This document shows positions 1 through 8,835 of a stretch of DNA of 31,169 nucleotides, piece after piece. The translations under genes were made by a program, and so were the position numbers. How positions within the stretch are numbered: the first letter of the stretch is position 1; each line of letters opens with the position of its first letter. Under the pieces are notes generated by a model. That model searched no databases. It was not told where the DNA came from and saw nothing but the letters and a program-made list of their open reading frames with translations. The stretch is from Candidatus Jordarchaeales archaeon (GTDB lineage Archaea; Asgardarchaeota; Jordiarchaeia; Jordiarchaeales; Freyrarchaeaceae): contig JAWAHN010000003.1 of NCBI GenBank assembly GCA_038889235.1, positions 22,437-53,605 of the forward strand, read 5' to 3'.

Positions 1-156
1 CGCTTTATGGAGGCTCAACGGTCCACTCACGCTCCCTCTAAGCTCCGCGACGCGAAGAAGCCACTTTTATCCACTCTGCCTTCAGAAATTTCGTCTTCAT
101 TGAGATGGGAAAACTATTTTTTATTTTTCTAGCTTTGGTCTCCACGTGGTGGTGAT

Positions 157-873
157 TTGCTGGGTATTTTTGTTGGGACGAGCGGTTGGGCTTACTTTTG
201 GAACCCTGAAGGAAGCTTCGACTGGTATCTTAAGAACAGCGGTTTCAACGCCGTCGAGCTCAACGCAAGCTACTACAGGTTTCCTTTTCCGAGCCAGGTT
301 AGAGGCTGGGCTAAGAAGACTCCTGAGTGGTTTAGGTGGGCTGTCAAGGTCTCTCGCTTTATAACACACGTGTTCAAATTCGGTGAGCGCGCATACCAAA
401 CCTGGCAAAAGTTTAGAAATCTTTTCGCCCCCCTCGACGAGAAAATCAGCTTTTACCTCTTCCAGCTTCCACCCAACATGAAGCCGACTGAGAAGAACGT
501 TGAGAAAATAGAGCGGTTCGCCGAGGAGTCGGAACTTGGGCCGCGCTTCGCACTGGAGTGGAGGAACGAGGAGTGGTTTAGCGAGAAGTGGGTTAACTGG
601 GCGCGCAGATTAAACATAACTATAGTCTCAGTTGACGCCCCCGAACTGCCACGCGACATCATGGTGTCTAATGGAAGAGTCTACCTTAGAATGCATGGCA
701 GGACGGCGTGGTACTCCCACGTCTATAGCAGGGAGGAGCTTGAAGAGGTCGCTGAGAGAATAGTTGCCGAGGGACCCGAGCTCGTCTACGTCTTCTTCAA
801 CAACGACACGGGAATGCTTCCAAACGGAAGGGAGATGCTGCAAATACTGAAGCTTAAGCTTGCACCACAATAA
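157..873 (+). CDS. DUF72 (UPF0759) family protein
   Basis: 238-aa ORF. It has N-terminal GTSGWAY..W, then VELNASYYRFP and FRWAVKVSRFITH blocks typical of DUF72. The TTG start is preceded by GGTGGTGAT (148-156), which is complementary to an archaeal 16S 3' end. Confidence 0.88.
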   Translation: MLGIFVGTSGWAYFWNPEGSFDWYLKNSGFNAVELNASYYRFPFPSQVRGWAKKTPEWFRWAVKVSRFITHVFKFGERAYQTWQKFRNLFAPLDEKISFYLFQLPPNMKPTEKNVEKIERFAEESELGPRFALEWRNEEWFSEKWVNWARRLNITIVSVDAPELPRDIMVSNGRVYLRMHGRTAWYSHVYSREELEEVAERIVAEGPELVYVFFNNDTGMLPNGREMLQILKLKLAPQ

Positions 874-995
874 ACCCTTGAGCACCCTCCAGCGACTGGT
901 AGCATGCTGACCCCGGGGGGGAGACTTTTCTACCGTAATTTTTAAGATGACTCTTCGATAAGAATAGTTTCAAGGGGTTATCGGAGGGGAGGGCT

Positions 996-1493
996 TTGTC
1001 GGAGTATGTTGAGGTTATTGTAGACCACGATTTGAAGGACGTGACTCCAGAGATGATCGATTGGTGGTGGGACAACATAAATGAGGAAAGGTACAAGCTC
1101 TGGCACCCGAAAGACCACAAGGGGTTCAAGTGGGAGGTTCACCCAAAGGAGAAAGGCCACGTTGGCGCTATACACGTGGCGGAAGAAGACATCGGCGATA
1201 TGACCGTGACGCTGCGCATACGCTGGGAGGACCCGAAAAACGTACCTATACCTGTAACTATGAGCCACGCTGTCGCGGCAAGCATAATCGACGAGAACGG
1301 AGAACCGATGGCTTGGCTGGTACACCAGTACGAGGCAACGCCGAATGGGACCAGAATGCGTTCAACGTTCAAGATACCCGCGATACTTTCAGAGTACATC
1401 GCTAAAGGGCTCTACAGGCACTGCAAAGAAGAGATGGGAAACCTGCCAAAATTCCTCCCAAAGTTGTACAAGGAGGAAAAGAAGGAACAGTGA
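996..1493 (+). CDS. Hypothetical protein (possibly DAPG/phloretin-hydrolase-like domain; weak recall only)
   Basis: 165-aa ORF with normal amino-acid composition. The TTG start lies 6 nt after GGAGGGGAGGG (983-993). The WWW-x9-Y-x2-WHPKDH block resembles the PhlG-type domain from memory, but this is not verifiable here. Confidence 0.7.
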   Translation: MSEYVEVIVDHDLKDVTPEMIDWWWDNINEERYKLWHPKDHKGFKWEVHPKEKGHVGAIHVAEEDIGDMTVTLRIRWEDPKNVPIPVTMSHAVAASIIDENGEPMAWLVHQYEATPNGTRMRSTFKIPAILSEYIAKGLYRHCKEEMGNLPKFLPKLYKEEKKEQ

Positions 1494-1566
1494 GTGAGAC
1501 CTTACCCTTCACCGTCCAACTAATCTAAACCCAACATTCCCCCTTTAACCATTTTTTGCGTTTCAC

Positions 1567-2775
1567 TCATTTAATTGTCACCAATTGTGTTTTCAACACT
1601 CTCGAAACTGCCGGGTCGACTCTCTTCTCCAGCTTTGTCCTACTAATTTTTTCGAGTAAAGGAATGCTGGCTAGGGTGAGCGCGGCTGCCAATATGAACA
1701 GTACCGGGTAGCCGAGGTTTTCCGCCACAATACCGCTCAGGAAAGACCCAATTATCGACGATAGAAAGATTGCCGCGTTGTAGACGCCCATCACCCTCCC
1801 CCTTCTCCCTTGAGCTAGCTTCATGGCTGCTGTTGGCCCTGTTACGTTCAGTATGGCCCACGTGAACCCTGAGAGCGCCATGACGACTACAACAAACAAA
1901 ATTCCGCTCCTATTTCTAACGAGTAGCGATAAGAGGGTGAACGCCACCATTATGAGCACTCTCCCAGCTGAAGCCCAGGATTGCGCGCGGACGTCATCAC
2001 CCTTAGAAAGCCGCTCAATCTTGGGGTATGTTAGAATAGAGGCGATGGTGCTTGTGACGTAAGCTAAAAAGACCTCGCTGCTCGTACCCCTTATACTCAC
2101 TATGAAGGATGGGAGGAGAGAGTAGCCGAGGGCTGTAGAGGTGAATATCAGGAACGTCGAAGCCATGTAGAGAGATATTAACTTCTTGTCTTGCGCGCTG
2201 CTTTCTGTAACCGCTTCAACATGCTTCACACCTCCCAACTCTACGGGTCGCTGCCTGAGCACGGCGAAAGCGTAGGCGAAGCTCACTATCGAGAGCATTG
2301 CTGACGTCACGAAAAGCTCCCTCCCCTTAGAAAGGAGGGACCAGAACGCGCCTACAATTAATCCCATAAGCCAACCTAGGTCGCTAATCCTGTTGAACGA
2401 GCTAATCTCTTTGCTCCACGACGAGTGTTTGTTTGTCTCAGCTATCAACAGGGGGGCTGCTATGGCGCATATCGCCGTTGCGAAGCCTGCTATGGCGCTG
2501 GCAAGGAAAATGTGGACGACGCGGGAGGTTGTGTAGAACACCACGCTTGACAGAGCGACCCCAAAGAACCCTACGAGGATGTAGCTCCCTAGAATTCTCG
2601 CATTCGAAAACCTACCGGAAACTATGGATGTGAGGGCGGCAGCAGAGTTGAAGATGGCTACAGCTAAGCCAGCATCTACCAGGCTTCCACCTAGCATGCC
2701 TACGTAGACGGGTATCAGTGGAATCGTGACCGCGCTCGCCACTCTAAACGGGAAATAAGCCTTGTACCACTTCAC
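1567..2775 (-). CDS. Major facilitator superfamily (MFS) transporter
   Basis: 402-aa ORF with about 12 hydrophobic segments in two halves separated by a polar loop (EAVTESSAQDKK). A basic loop (GRFSNAR) follows TM2, like the MFS motif A position. GTG start. Confidence 0.82.
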   Translation of the reverse strand: MKWYKAYFPFRVASAVTIPLIPVYVGMLGGSLVDAGLAVAIFNSAAALTSIVSGRFSNARILGSYILVGFFGVALSSVVFYTTSRVVHIFLASAIAGFATAICAIAAPLLIAETNKHSSWSKEISSFNRISDLGWLMGLIVGAFWSLLSKGRELFVTSAMLSIVSFAYAFAVLRQRPVELGGVKHVEAVTESSAQDKKLISLYMASTFLIFTSTALGYSLLPSFIVSIRGTSSEVFLAYVTSTIASILTYPKIERLSKGDDVRAQSWASAGRVLIMVAFTLLSLLVRNRSGILFVVVVMALSGFTWAILNVTGPTAAMKLAQGRRGRVMGVYNAAIFLSSIIGSFLSGIVAENLGYPVLFILAAALTLASIPLLEKISRTKLEKRVDPAVSRVLKTQLVTIK

Positions 2776-3014
2776 GCTTCATGCCAGCTTACACACCTTC
2801 TGTAGCTTTCCGTTAAACTCAGGGAAACTATTTAAAGTTAACTCAGCGAGCAATAATGCTTCCAGTAACCCTCCTTCTCAAGCTGGAGACTGCGACTTGG
2901 CGAGTGCACTCTTTCCTCTATCACCCCTTCTGAGGAGCGCGCCGAGAAATACCAGCATGTGCCTCGCTACCCCCTTGGTAACACTTAAATCTCTTCACCT
3001 TCGATGTTGGCTGG

Positions 3015-3803
3015 GTGAGCGGCTTGCACGACTGCGACCTGTCATTCCTAGACATACCTGAGGTTTTGAGGTTCGTCTTTTACCCCCGAAAGGACTTCTC
3101 CACATGGCTTGGATCCGTGTGCTTCGTTGATGTCGGTGGAGGGGTACGCTTAGCGTGCAAGTTCTACTCGTGCGACGAGGGGAGGCCTGCGCTCTTGTAC
3201 TTTCACGGTAACGGTGAGACTGCGGGAGACTACGACGAGTTCTCGTGGTTTTTCACAAAGAGGGGCCTGAACCTCTTCGTCGCAGAGTATAGGGGGTACG
3301 GGCTGAGCGGGGGGAGCCCCACTATAACAAGCCTGCTTCGCGACGCGCACATCGTTTTTGGGAGGTTTAAGAGTGTGGCTTTCGAGGAAAAGTGGGGTGG
3401 CATGTTCATCATGGGTCGCTCACTCGGAAGTATTCCGGCAATCGAGCTGGCATACCACTACCAAGATGAGATAAAAGGGTTGATTGTCGAAAGCGGGATA
3501 GCTAACACTTTTACCCTTTTCCTAGACTTTTTTGGGATTAAAATTAGTGATGAGCTGAGAGAGCAGCTTGAATCCGTGTCGAACAAGGCGAAAATAAGGA
3601 AGATAAAGGCTCCGACACTAATAATACACGCCGAAAACGACACATTGATACCAGTAAGCGAAGCCATAGAGCTGTACGAAAACTCCGGCGCGGAAGACAA
3701 AGAACTCTTCATAATTCCAGGAGCAGACCACAACGACCTGTGGTTCGTTGCAGGTGAAAAGTATTATGATAAAATAAAGGCCTTCGTCGAAGAACACTCC
3801 TAA
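3015..3803 (+). CDS. Alpha/beta hydrolase, Bem46/ABHD13-like serine hydrolase
   Basis: 262-aa ORF. Motifs present: LYFHGNGET, YRGYGLSGGSPT, nucleophile elbow GRSLGS, late acidic ENDTLIP and GADHND (Ser-Asp-His triad order). Confidence 0.85.
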   Translation: MSGLHDCDLSFLDIPEVLRFVFYPRKDFSTWLGSVCFVDVGGGVRLACKFYSCDEGRPALLYFHGNGETAGDYDEFSWFFTKRGLNLFVAEYRGYGLSGGSPTITSLLRDAHIVFGRFKSVAFEEKWGGMFIMGRSLGSIPAIELAYHYQDEIKGLIVESGIANTFTLFLDFFGIKISDELREQLESVSNKAKIRKIKAPTLIIHAENDTLIPVSEAIELYENSGAEDKELFIIPGADHNDLWFVAGEKYYDKIKAFVEEHS

Positions 3804-4326
3804 AACTTTTCCGCCGTCGTTTGGCCTCCAGTTCCTCTTTCACGCTTTTTGCACCGCTTTTCCGAGCTAAAGCCCGGTTTTTCTGAGCATAGTCTTGGAC
3901 TATCACAAGCGCCACGCTTTACGTTGAAGCTGTTAGAGTTACGCTTAGCATAGCTGTTTTAATGAAAAAGTCAAAGTGGTCGACGCACCGACTGATATTG
4001 GTCTTCTCCCCGCACAATGCCCCGATAAACTAGCTATTAATTAACTCTATGTGGCAGTGCGCTCTGACGTGGCGCCTGAGGATATAGAGCTCTAACGTTT
4101 AATGTAATGGTAGAGCTTGGCGGGTACCATTCTAGCTTTTGTCCCCCTCAACGCGATCGGCAAAATGTTCGTTGACGTGGCGGCTTCCAGAGGTCTCGGG
4201 GTTACCGGGTCACAAGCTAACCGGAAAACTAAAGAAACACGCTTCCCCTATTCCATTATTTTAAAGACAAAGCCCCCTTTGAACTTCTTAAACTTTCTCG
4301 TGGAGATTGTAGCGGCGGGTGGTGTT

Positions 4327-4866
4327 ATGAAAAAATTTAAGCTCACGATAGAGCTTGTCCCCACCCCACTCTGGTTTTCATCTCTGTACAACCTTTACAG
4401 GAATGCTGGGATTCCTGAAGAGTGGCGTAGGATTAAAGCCGAACTTTTCAGAAAGGAGGGGAGAAAGTGTTGGATCTGTGGCAGGGAGGATAGGCGCTTG
4501 GAGGCTCACGAGTTCTGGGAGTACGATGACGAGAGACATGTTCAGAGACTTGTCGCTATACACCATCTGTGTGACCTCTGCCACAAGGTTAAGCACATAG
4601 GGTTCTGGTGTTACACTGAGGAGGGCAGGAGGAGGCTGAGGAGTGAGGGATTAAGCGAGGAGCATCTGATCGAGCACTTCTGTAGGGTTAACAACTGTTC
4701 CAGGGAAGAATTTGAGAAACACAAAAATGAGGCTTTCAGAGTTTGGATGGAGAGGAACATGCACTCGTGGACACAGGACCTCGGAGAATACGACCCTGAA
4801 AAGAGGAGGGCGAGGCTGCGGGGGCGTGAACCCAGCTCAAAAACGCCTACTAAGATGCCTTTATAA
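4327..4866 (+). CDS. HNH-like zinc-finger nuclease-family protein
   Basis: The ORF is open from 4117. However, ATG 4327 (MKKFKLTIELVPTPLWF...) follows GGCGGGTGGTG and an upstream TATA-like ATTATTTTAAAG (4255-4266). Motifs are CWICG...HEFWEYD...HHLCDLCHKVKH, i.e. CxxC/H/CxxCH..H as in small HNH proteins. Confidence 0.75.
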   Translation: MKKFKLTIELVPTPLWFSSLYNLYRNAGIPEEWRRIKAELFRKEGRKCWICGREDRRLEAHEFWEYDDERHVQRLVAIHHLCDLCHKVKHIGFWCYTEEGRRRLRSEGLSEEHLIEHFCRVNNCSREEFEKHKNEAFRVWMERNMHSWTQDLGEYDPEKRRARLRGREPSSKTPTKMPL

Positions 4867-6319
4867 GTGGGATTTCCTCCTCACCCTCACGATGAGCCGC
4901 CTTCCTCCTCGCCAGGAAGTCGTAGTATGTCTTGGCGTTTCTCAGTGCGTCGCACAGCCTCCTCATGTCCGGGTAAACAGGTATCCTCTCCTTGGCTAGT
5001 ATGTCCCTCAATTTAACCCATAGTGCCTCGTCACCTATGGGTGAGAGAACCACTGCGAACGGCTTCCCTTCTTTTATGGCTTTCTTGCCTGAACTCACCA
5101 GCGCATCGGTGAACTCTCCTTTGAACGCGTCACTCTGCCTCCAGTTGTAAGCCAGGTACATTACAGGAAGATCGAAGACTATCAAGTCTATGTTTGGGTC
5201 GCTTGCAATAGCATCTATGACGGTTGAAACAACTACCGGGTTGTAGTATGCACCCGACACGTCGACCGGGTTCGTGGCACTTATCCCCTCCGGGTAAACT
5301 CGTCTAACTTCCTCCTCTATCACTCTGACAGTTTCCTCGCTTAATGGGGGAACCTTGAACCCAGCCTCGGATAGGAGGTCGCTTATCGTAACGCTTGCTC
5401 CGCCACTAATGGACACGCTGCCAACCCTGTTCCCCCTCAACGGTGGAAGGAACGAGAATGTGAGCGCTGTGTCAACAAGCTCTTCAAGCGTCTTAACTTC
5501 GACAACACCCGTCTGCCTGAAAACCGCGCTCCATATCCTGTAGCTCCCAGCTAGAGACCCTGTGTGAGAGGCGCATGCCCGTGCCCCGTCCTCACTCCTC
5601 CCTCCTTTCCACACTACCAGAGGCTTCTTTAAGGAGACTTCTAGGAAAGCTTCTGCAAGCCTCTCAGCGCTCTTAACTCCCTCAATGTAGGCAGTCACAA
5701 CACGCGTCTCCTCGTCATCCTTAAAGTACGACAGCAGTTCTTCAAGCCCTATATCGCAAGCGTTGCCGTAGCTCACAACCTTGCTAAACCTCAACCCCCT
5801 AGTATAGCCGTAAAGTATCACAAGGTTAGCCAAGCCTCCACTTTGGCTCACGAAGGCGACGTCTCCGGGTTCAAGGGGGAGGTTTATCCTCCAGGCGAGA
5901 CCCACCCTGGGGTTGTAAAGGCCGAGGCAGTTCGGTCCAAGCACACGCGTGCGGGTCCCTTTAATGGTCTCCTTAATCTTTTCCTCCAGTTCTATGCCCT
6001 CCCTGCGCCCCGTTTCGCTGAAACCCGCCGTGAATATGGCGACGAGTTTTGCTCCTTTCTCGACGCAGTCCTTAACTATCTCTGGAACCGTGTGCGCCGG
6101 GGTTTCTATGAAGACGTAGTCGACTTTGTCCGGGATATCCGTCACTCGGGGGTAGACCTTTAACCCCAACTCCGGTATCTCGCTCCTACTGGGATTAACC
6201 ACGTACACTCTTCCCTTGAACCTTAGGAAAGACCTAAGGAAGAAATAGCCTCTTTTGCTTGAAGCCCCAACGTCAACTACTGTTTCAGGGTTAAAGGCTT
6301 CGTCTAACTCGCTCTTCAA
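4850..6319 (-). CDS. NDP-forming acyl-CoA synthetase alpha-subunit-like protein (CoA-binding + CoA-ligase domains, COG1042 type)
   Basis: Motifs: VDVGASSKRGYF (CoA-binding Rossmann), GPNCLGL, SQSGGL, and phospho-His loop ASHTGSLAG. No ATP-grasp (beta) part is present. The ORF is open to 6352. TTG at 6319 with GGAGG 9 nt upstream gives the usual N-terminus (MKSELDEAFNPETVV..). Confidence 0.85.
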   Translation of the reverse strand: MKSELDEAFNPETVVDVGASSKRGYFFLRSFLRFKGRVYVVNPSRSEIPELGLKVYPRVTDIPDKVDYVFIETPAHTVPEIVKDCVEKGAKLVAIFTAGFSETGRREGIELEEKIKETIKGTRTRVLGPNCLGLYNPRVGLAWRINLPLEPGDVAFVSQSGGLANLVILYGYTRGLRFSKVVSYGNACDIGLEELLSYFKDDEETRVVTAYIEGVKSAERLAEAFLEVSLKKPLVVWKGGRSEDGARACASHTGSLAGSYRIWSAVFRQTGVVEVKTLEELVDTALTFSFLPPLRGNRVGSVSISGGASVTISDLLSEAGFKVPPLSEETVRVIEEEVRRVYPEGISATNPVDVSGAYYNPVVVSTVIDAIASDPNIDLIVFDLPVMYLAYNWRQSDAFKGEFTDALVSSGKKAIKEGKPFAVVLSPIGDEALWVKLRDILAKERIPVYPDMRRLCDALRNAKTYYDFLARRKAAHREGEEEIPLIKAS

Positions 6320-6492
6320 GTTGCATAGCCTCCGACCGGAAGTCCATTGCAAAAATTCACTTGCCCGCCTGTAAGTCCGGGCGGGTTATGAACACTATCC
6401 TCTCACCTTTGTTTTTTAAGTTTTCCCTTTTTCGTTTCAAAGAGCATTACGGTAGGAGAAAAATAAATAACGCTTCCTTCCCTATTTTCTTT

Positions 6493-6852
6493 TTGCTAAA
6501 ATGGGGGTCGAGTGCCTTGGAGGAGCCTAGTTCTGAGGACAGCAGTTTTAGCAGCGGGCTCCTTCCCGTTTTAGCTGAAATAAAGAGGCGTCTCGAAAAC
6601 GTCTGTAGGGATAAGATCGTCGACATAATACCATTCGGGATCGAACGGTCTAAGAACCTAGAAGGCGTTGACGCGGCAATAGTGTTGAAAGAGGAAGAAG
6701 AACTTAACAATAGTGCGAAGAGGATAAGCAAGGTTCTAGAAGAGGTTCTTAAAGAGAAGAAGATAAGGGTGCGCTTCATATCACAGGAGAAGCTCGAAAA
6801 AACCATGTGGCCCCTGTACATTCAGAGGAAGTCTGTTAGGAGGGCGCAGTGA
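6493..6852 (+). CDS. Small hypothetical protein with degenerate minimal-nucleotidyltransferase-like pattern
   Basis: The ORF is open from 6361, but its first ~45 codons lie in the A/T-rich divergent promoter region. TTG 6493 lies ~25 nt after AAAATAAATAA (6461-6471). LAEIKRRLENV..IVDIIPFGIERS..GVDAAIVL resembles the MNT layout but lacks the GS and DxD residues. Its stop overlaps GTG 6849 of the next ORF. The start is uncertain. Confidence 0.4.
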   Translation: MLKWGSSALEEPSSEDSSFSSGLLPVLAEIKRRLENVCRDKIVDIIPFGIERSKNLEGVDAAIVLKEEEELNNSAKRISKVLEEVLKEKKIRVRFISQEKLEKTMWPLYIQRKSVRRAQ

Positions 6853-6926
6853 CCCCGCCAGCTCGGGGTGTTAATCATCCAGTGTCCTCCTGGGGGAGGG
6901 GTTCGTTTCTGGGCGTTAGTCGTGAA

Positions 6927-7667
6927 ATGCTGGCTAAGCTCGTAGACATACCTGTGAGTAAGCGTTTACGCGTCGTAGCGTTAACTGGAGCCGGTGTTTC
7001 AGCCGAGAGTGGTGTCCCCATTTTCCGGGGCCCGGGATCCATGTGGGAGATTCCAGAGGTTAGAGAGCTTGCCCGTAGGGCTGGTCCACCGTGGAATAAC
7101 AGGGAGACATGGGAGTTCTACGAGTGGAGGAGGGGGCTTGTGGCGCGCTGCAAGCCTAACGCCGCCCACCTAACGCTTGCGGAGATGGAGCGTTACTTTG
7201 AAGACTTCTGCCTCATAACGCAGAACGTCGACGGGCTCCACTGGAGGGCTGGAAGCAAGCACGTCCTCGAGCTTCACGGCAGTATGTGGAAGGGACGGTG
7301 CCCCAAGGATGGAGCCGTAGTAGATCTTCCCGAAACGCCTCTCAAGAGCATTCCGCCAGTGCACGAGTGTGGAACCCCAATGCGCCCCCACGTCGTGCAG
7401 TTCGGAGAGCCAATAGACCCCGACGTTTTGAGGAAGGCTGTGGCCGCGAGCAGAAAGGCTGACCTATTCCTCGTCATCGGCACTTCCGGCGTTGTGGCAC
7501 CTGCATCCCACCTTCCTCTCATAGCCCTCGAAAGAGGGGCGAAGCTCATAGAAGTTAACCCCAGAACCACAGTCCTGACTCCATACATGCACCTCTCCGT
7601 CAGGGGTAAAGCTGCAGAAGTTTTACCAAGAATTTGGAAGATACTTGTCGGCGAAGAAAAATATTAA
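6927..7667 (+). CDS. cobB: NAD-dependent protein deacylase (Sir2/CobB sirtuin)
   Basis: Canonical motifs: GAGVSAESGVPIFRG, TQNVDGLH, ELHGS (catalytic His), VVQFGE, VIGTSGVV. The ORF is open from GTG 6849, but ATG 6927 gives the usual short N-terminus before GAG. Confidence 0.9.
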   Translation: MLAKLVDIPVSKRLRVVALTGAGVSAESGVPIFRGPGSMWEIPEVRELARRAGPPWNNRETWEFYEWRRGLVARCKPNAAHLTLAEMERYFEDFCLITQNVDGLHWRAGSKHVLELHGSMWKGRCPKDGAVVDLPETPLKSIPPVHECGTPMRPHVVQFGEPIDPDVLRKAVAASRKADLFLVIGTSGVVAPASHLPLIALERGAKLIEVNPRTTVLTPYMHLSVRGKAAEVLPRIWKILVGEEKY

Positions 7668-7735
7668 TCCGCGTACCGCACCTGTTTCTTTAGTGTTGTT
7701 TTGAGCAATAAGTCAGAGGTGGGGGTGGTGGAGGG

Positions 7736-8536
7736 TTGCCTTACGCTAAAGTTAGAGACATAAACATGTACTACGAGGTTTACGGCAGCGGTTTCCCGTT
7801 GGTCATGATCATGGGACTTGGAGCAAACACTTACTGGTGGGACCCGTACCTGATAGACGAGTTTTCAAAGCACTTCAAGGTTGTGGTTTTCGACAACAGG
7901 GGCGCCGGAAGAACAGATAAGCCCGCCGTGGACTACACCATGAAAATGTTCGCCGACGACACTGTTGGGCTAATGGACTACCTGGGAATAAAGAAGGCGC
8001 ACATTCTAGGCGTTTCGATGGGTGGAATGATAGCCCAAGAGATCGCACTAAACTACCCTGAGCGCGTCGAAAAACTTGTCCTGTGCGTCACAGCTCCAGG
8101 TGGACGTGTAACAGTTCCACCCAAACCTGAAGCGATGGCCCTGCTGACAATGGATAGGAGTAAGCTCACCGACGAGCAAATAGCGATGGAAACCATCAAG
8201 GTCCTCTACCCCAAAGAATTCATCGAGAAACACCCAGAAATAGTCAAAGTCTCCTTGGAGAGACTCTCGAAGTACGTGATCCCGACGGACGCTTTCATGA
8301 GACAGATTAACGCCATATTAAAGTTCGACGCCTACGATAGGCTGAGCCACATCAATAAGCCAACGCTGGTCGTCTCGGGAGGAAAAGACATACTGGTCCC
8401 ACCGGAAAACGGAAAGCTTATCGCAGAGAAGATACCGAATGCCAAGCTGGTAATATTCGAAGAGTCAGGCCACGGACTTATAACGCAGGAAAGGGAGAGG
8501 TTCGCCAGCCTAGTAATAGACTTCCTCAAGAAATAG
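7736..8536 (+). CDS. Alpha/beta hydrolase (MhpC/3-oxoadipate enol-lactonase-like fold)
   Basis: 266-aa ORF. Motifs: oxyanion-region MGLGAN, DNRGAGRTD, nucleophile elbow GVSMGG, late D (GGKDILVP) and H (SGHGL). The TTG start directly follows GAGGTGGGGGTGGTGGAGGG. Confidence 0.9.
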   Translation: MPYAKVRDINMYYEVYGSGFPLVMIMGLGANTYWWDPYLIDEFSKHFKVVVFDNRGAGRTDKPAVDYTMKMFADDTVGLMDYLGIKKAHILGVSMGGMIAQEIALNYPERVEKLVLCVTAPGGRVTVPPKPEAMALLTMDRSKLTDEQIAMETIKVLYPKEFIEKHPEIVKVSLERLSKYVIPTDAFMRQINAILKFDAYDRLSHINKPTLVVSGGKDILVPPENGKLIAEKIPNAKLVIFEESGHGLITQERERFASLVIDFLKK

Positions 8537-8835
8537 CAGTATCCCCTTGTTTCCCACGAGCAGACAGGAAATTCCGGAAGGACCGGGGCTCCCGATTTAT
8601 TAATTTTTGTGGAGTTGAAAATAGCTGGTGCTATATGCCTCTCAACACGCACTAAATAACTTTTTTGTAGCGTGTAAAACCCTACTTGTCCGGCGTGCGG
8701 CGTGAAGGTTGAAGTTCCTGGAATATTCCTGTGAATGGTATATTCGAAGCTCAACTTATTGAGAGGTTCACGCTTTGTGATGGTTGAAAGTCTCTCGTTC
8801 GTCTCGCCTATGCAGCATAAGGCTGTTTTCACCAC
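8332..8835 (-). CDS. Doubtful hypothetical ORF
   Basis: This is the only ORF covering the otherwise empty 8537-8828 gap. Its GTG start overlaps the TGA of the upstream membrane-protein gene (tGGTGGTGAaa). Its last ~205 nt run antisense through the hydrolase gene, and no family was recognised. Confidence 0.25.
   Translation of the reverse strand: MVKTALCCIGETNERLSTITKREPLNKLSFEYTIHRNIPGTSTFTPHAGQVGFYTLQKSYLVRVERHIAPAIFNSTKINKSGAPVLPEFPVCSWETRGYCYFLRKSITRLANLSLSCVISPWPDSSNITSLAFGIFSAISFPFSGGTSMSFPPETTSVGLLMWLSLS

Noticed and set aside
1-132. Open frames at the left edge (plus frame 1 ending TAG at 130-132; a minus frame open to position 1)
   Set aside because: Both are under 45 codons with no recognisable motif. 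I cannot tell whether either is the end or start of a flanking gene.
2975-2984. TTGGTAACAC, a 9/10 match to the operator left half, 30 nt upstream of the hydrolase start
   Set aside because: There is no matching right half at N14 or at any nearby spacing. A lone 10-mer near-match is expected by chance, so it is not counted as a fourth site.
4117-4326. 70-codon N-terminal extension of the HNH-like ORF
   Set aside because: The extension covers a TATA-like box and has no family-like sequence. The conserved protein begins at ATG 4327, which has its own SD-like motif.
6849-7667. Sir2 domain as a possible anti-phage defence effector (Thoeris, DSR or pAgo-associated type)
   Set aside because: The sequence has the full housekeeping sirtuin deacylase motif set (GAGxSxxSGIPxFRG, QNVDxLH, HG, FGE) and normal size. 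It has no fused or adjacent sensor, TIR, SLOG or Argonaute gene.
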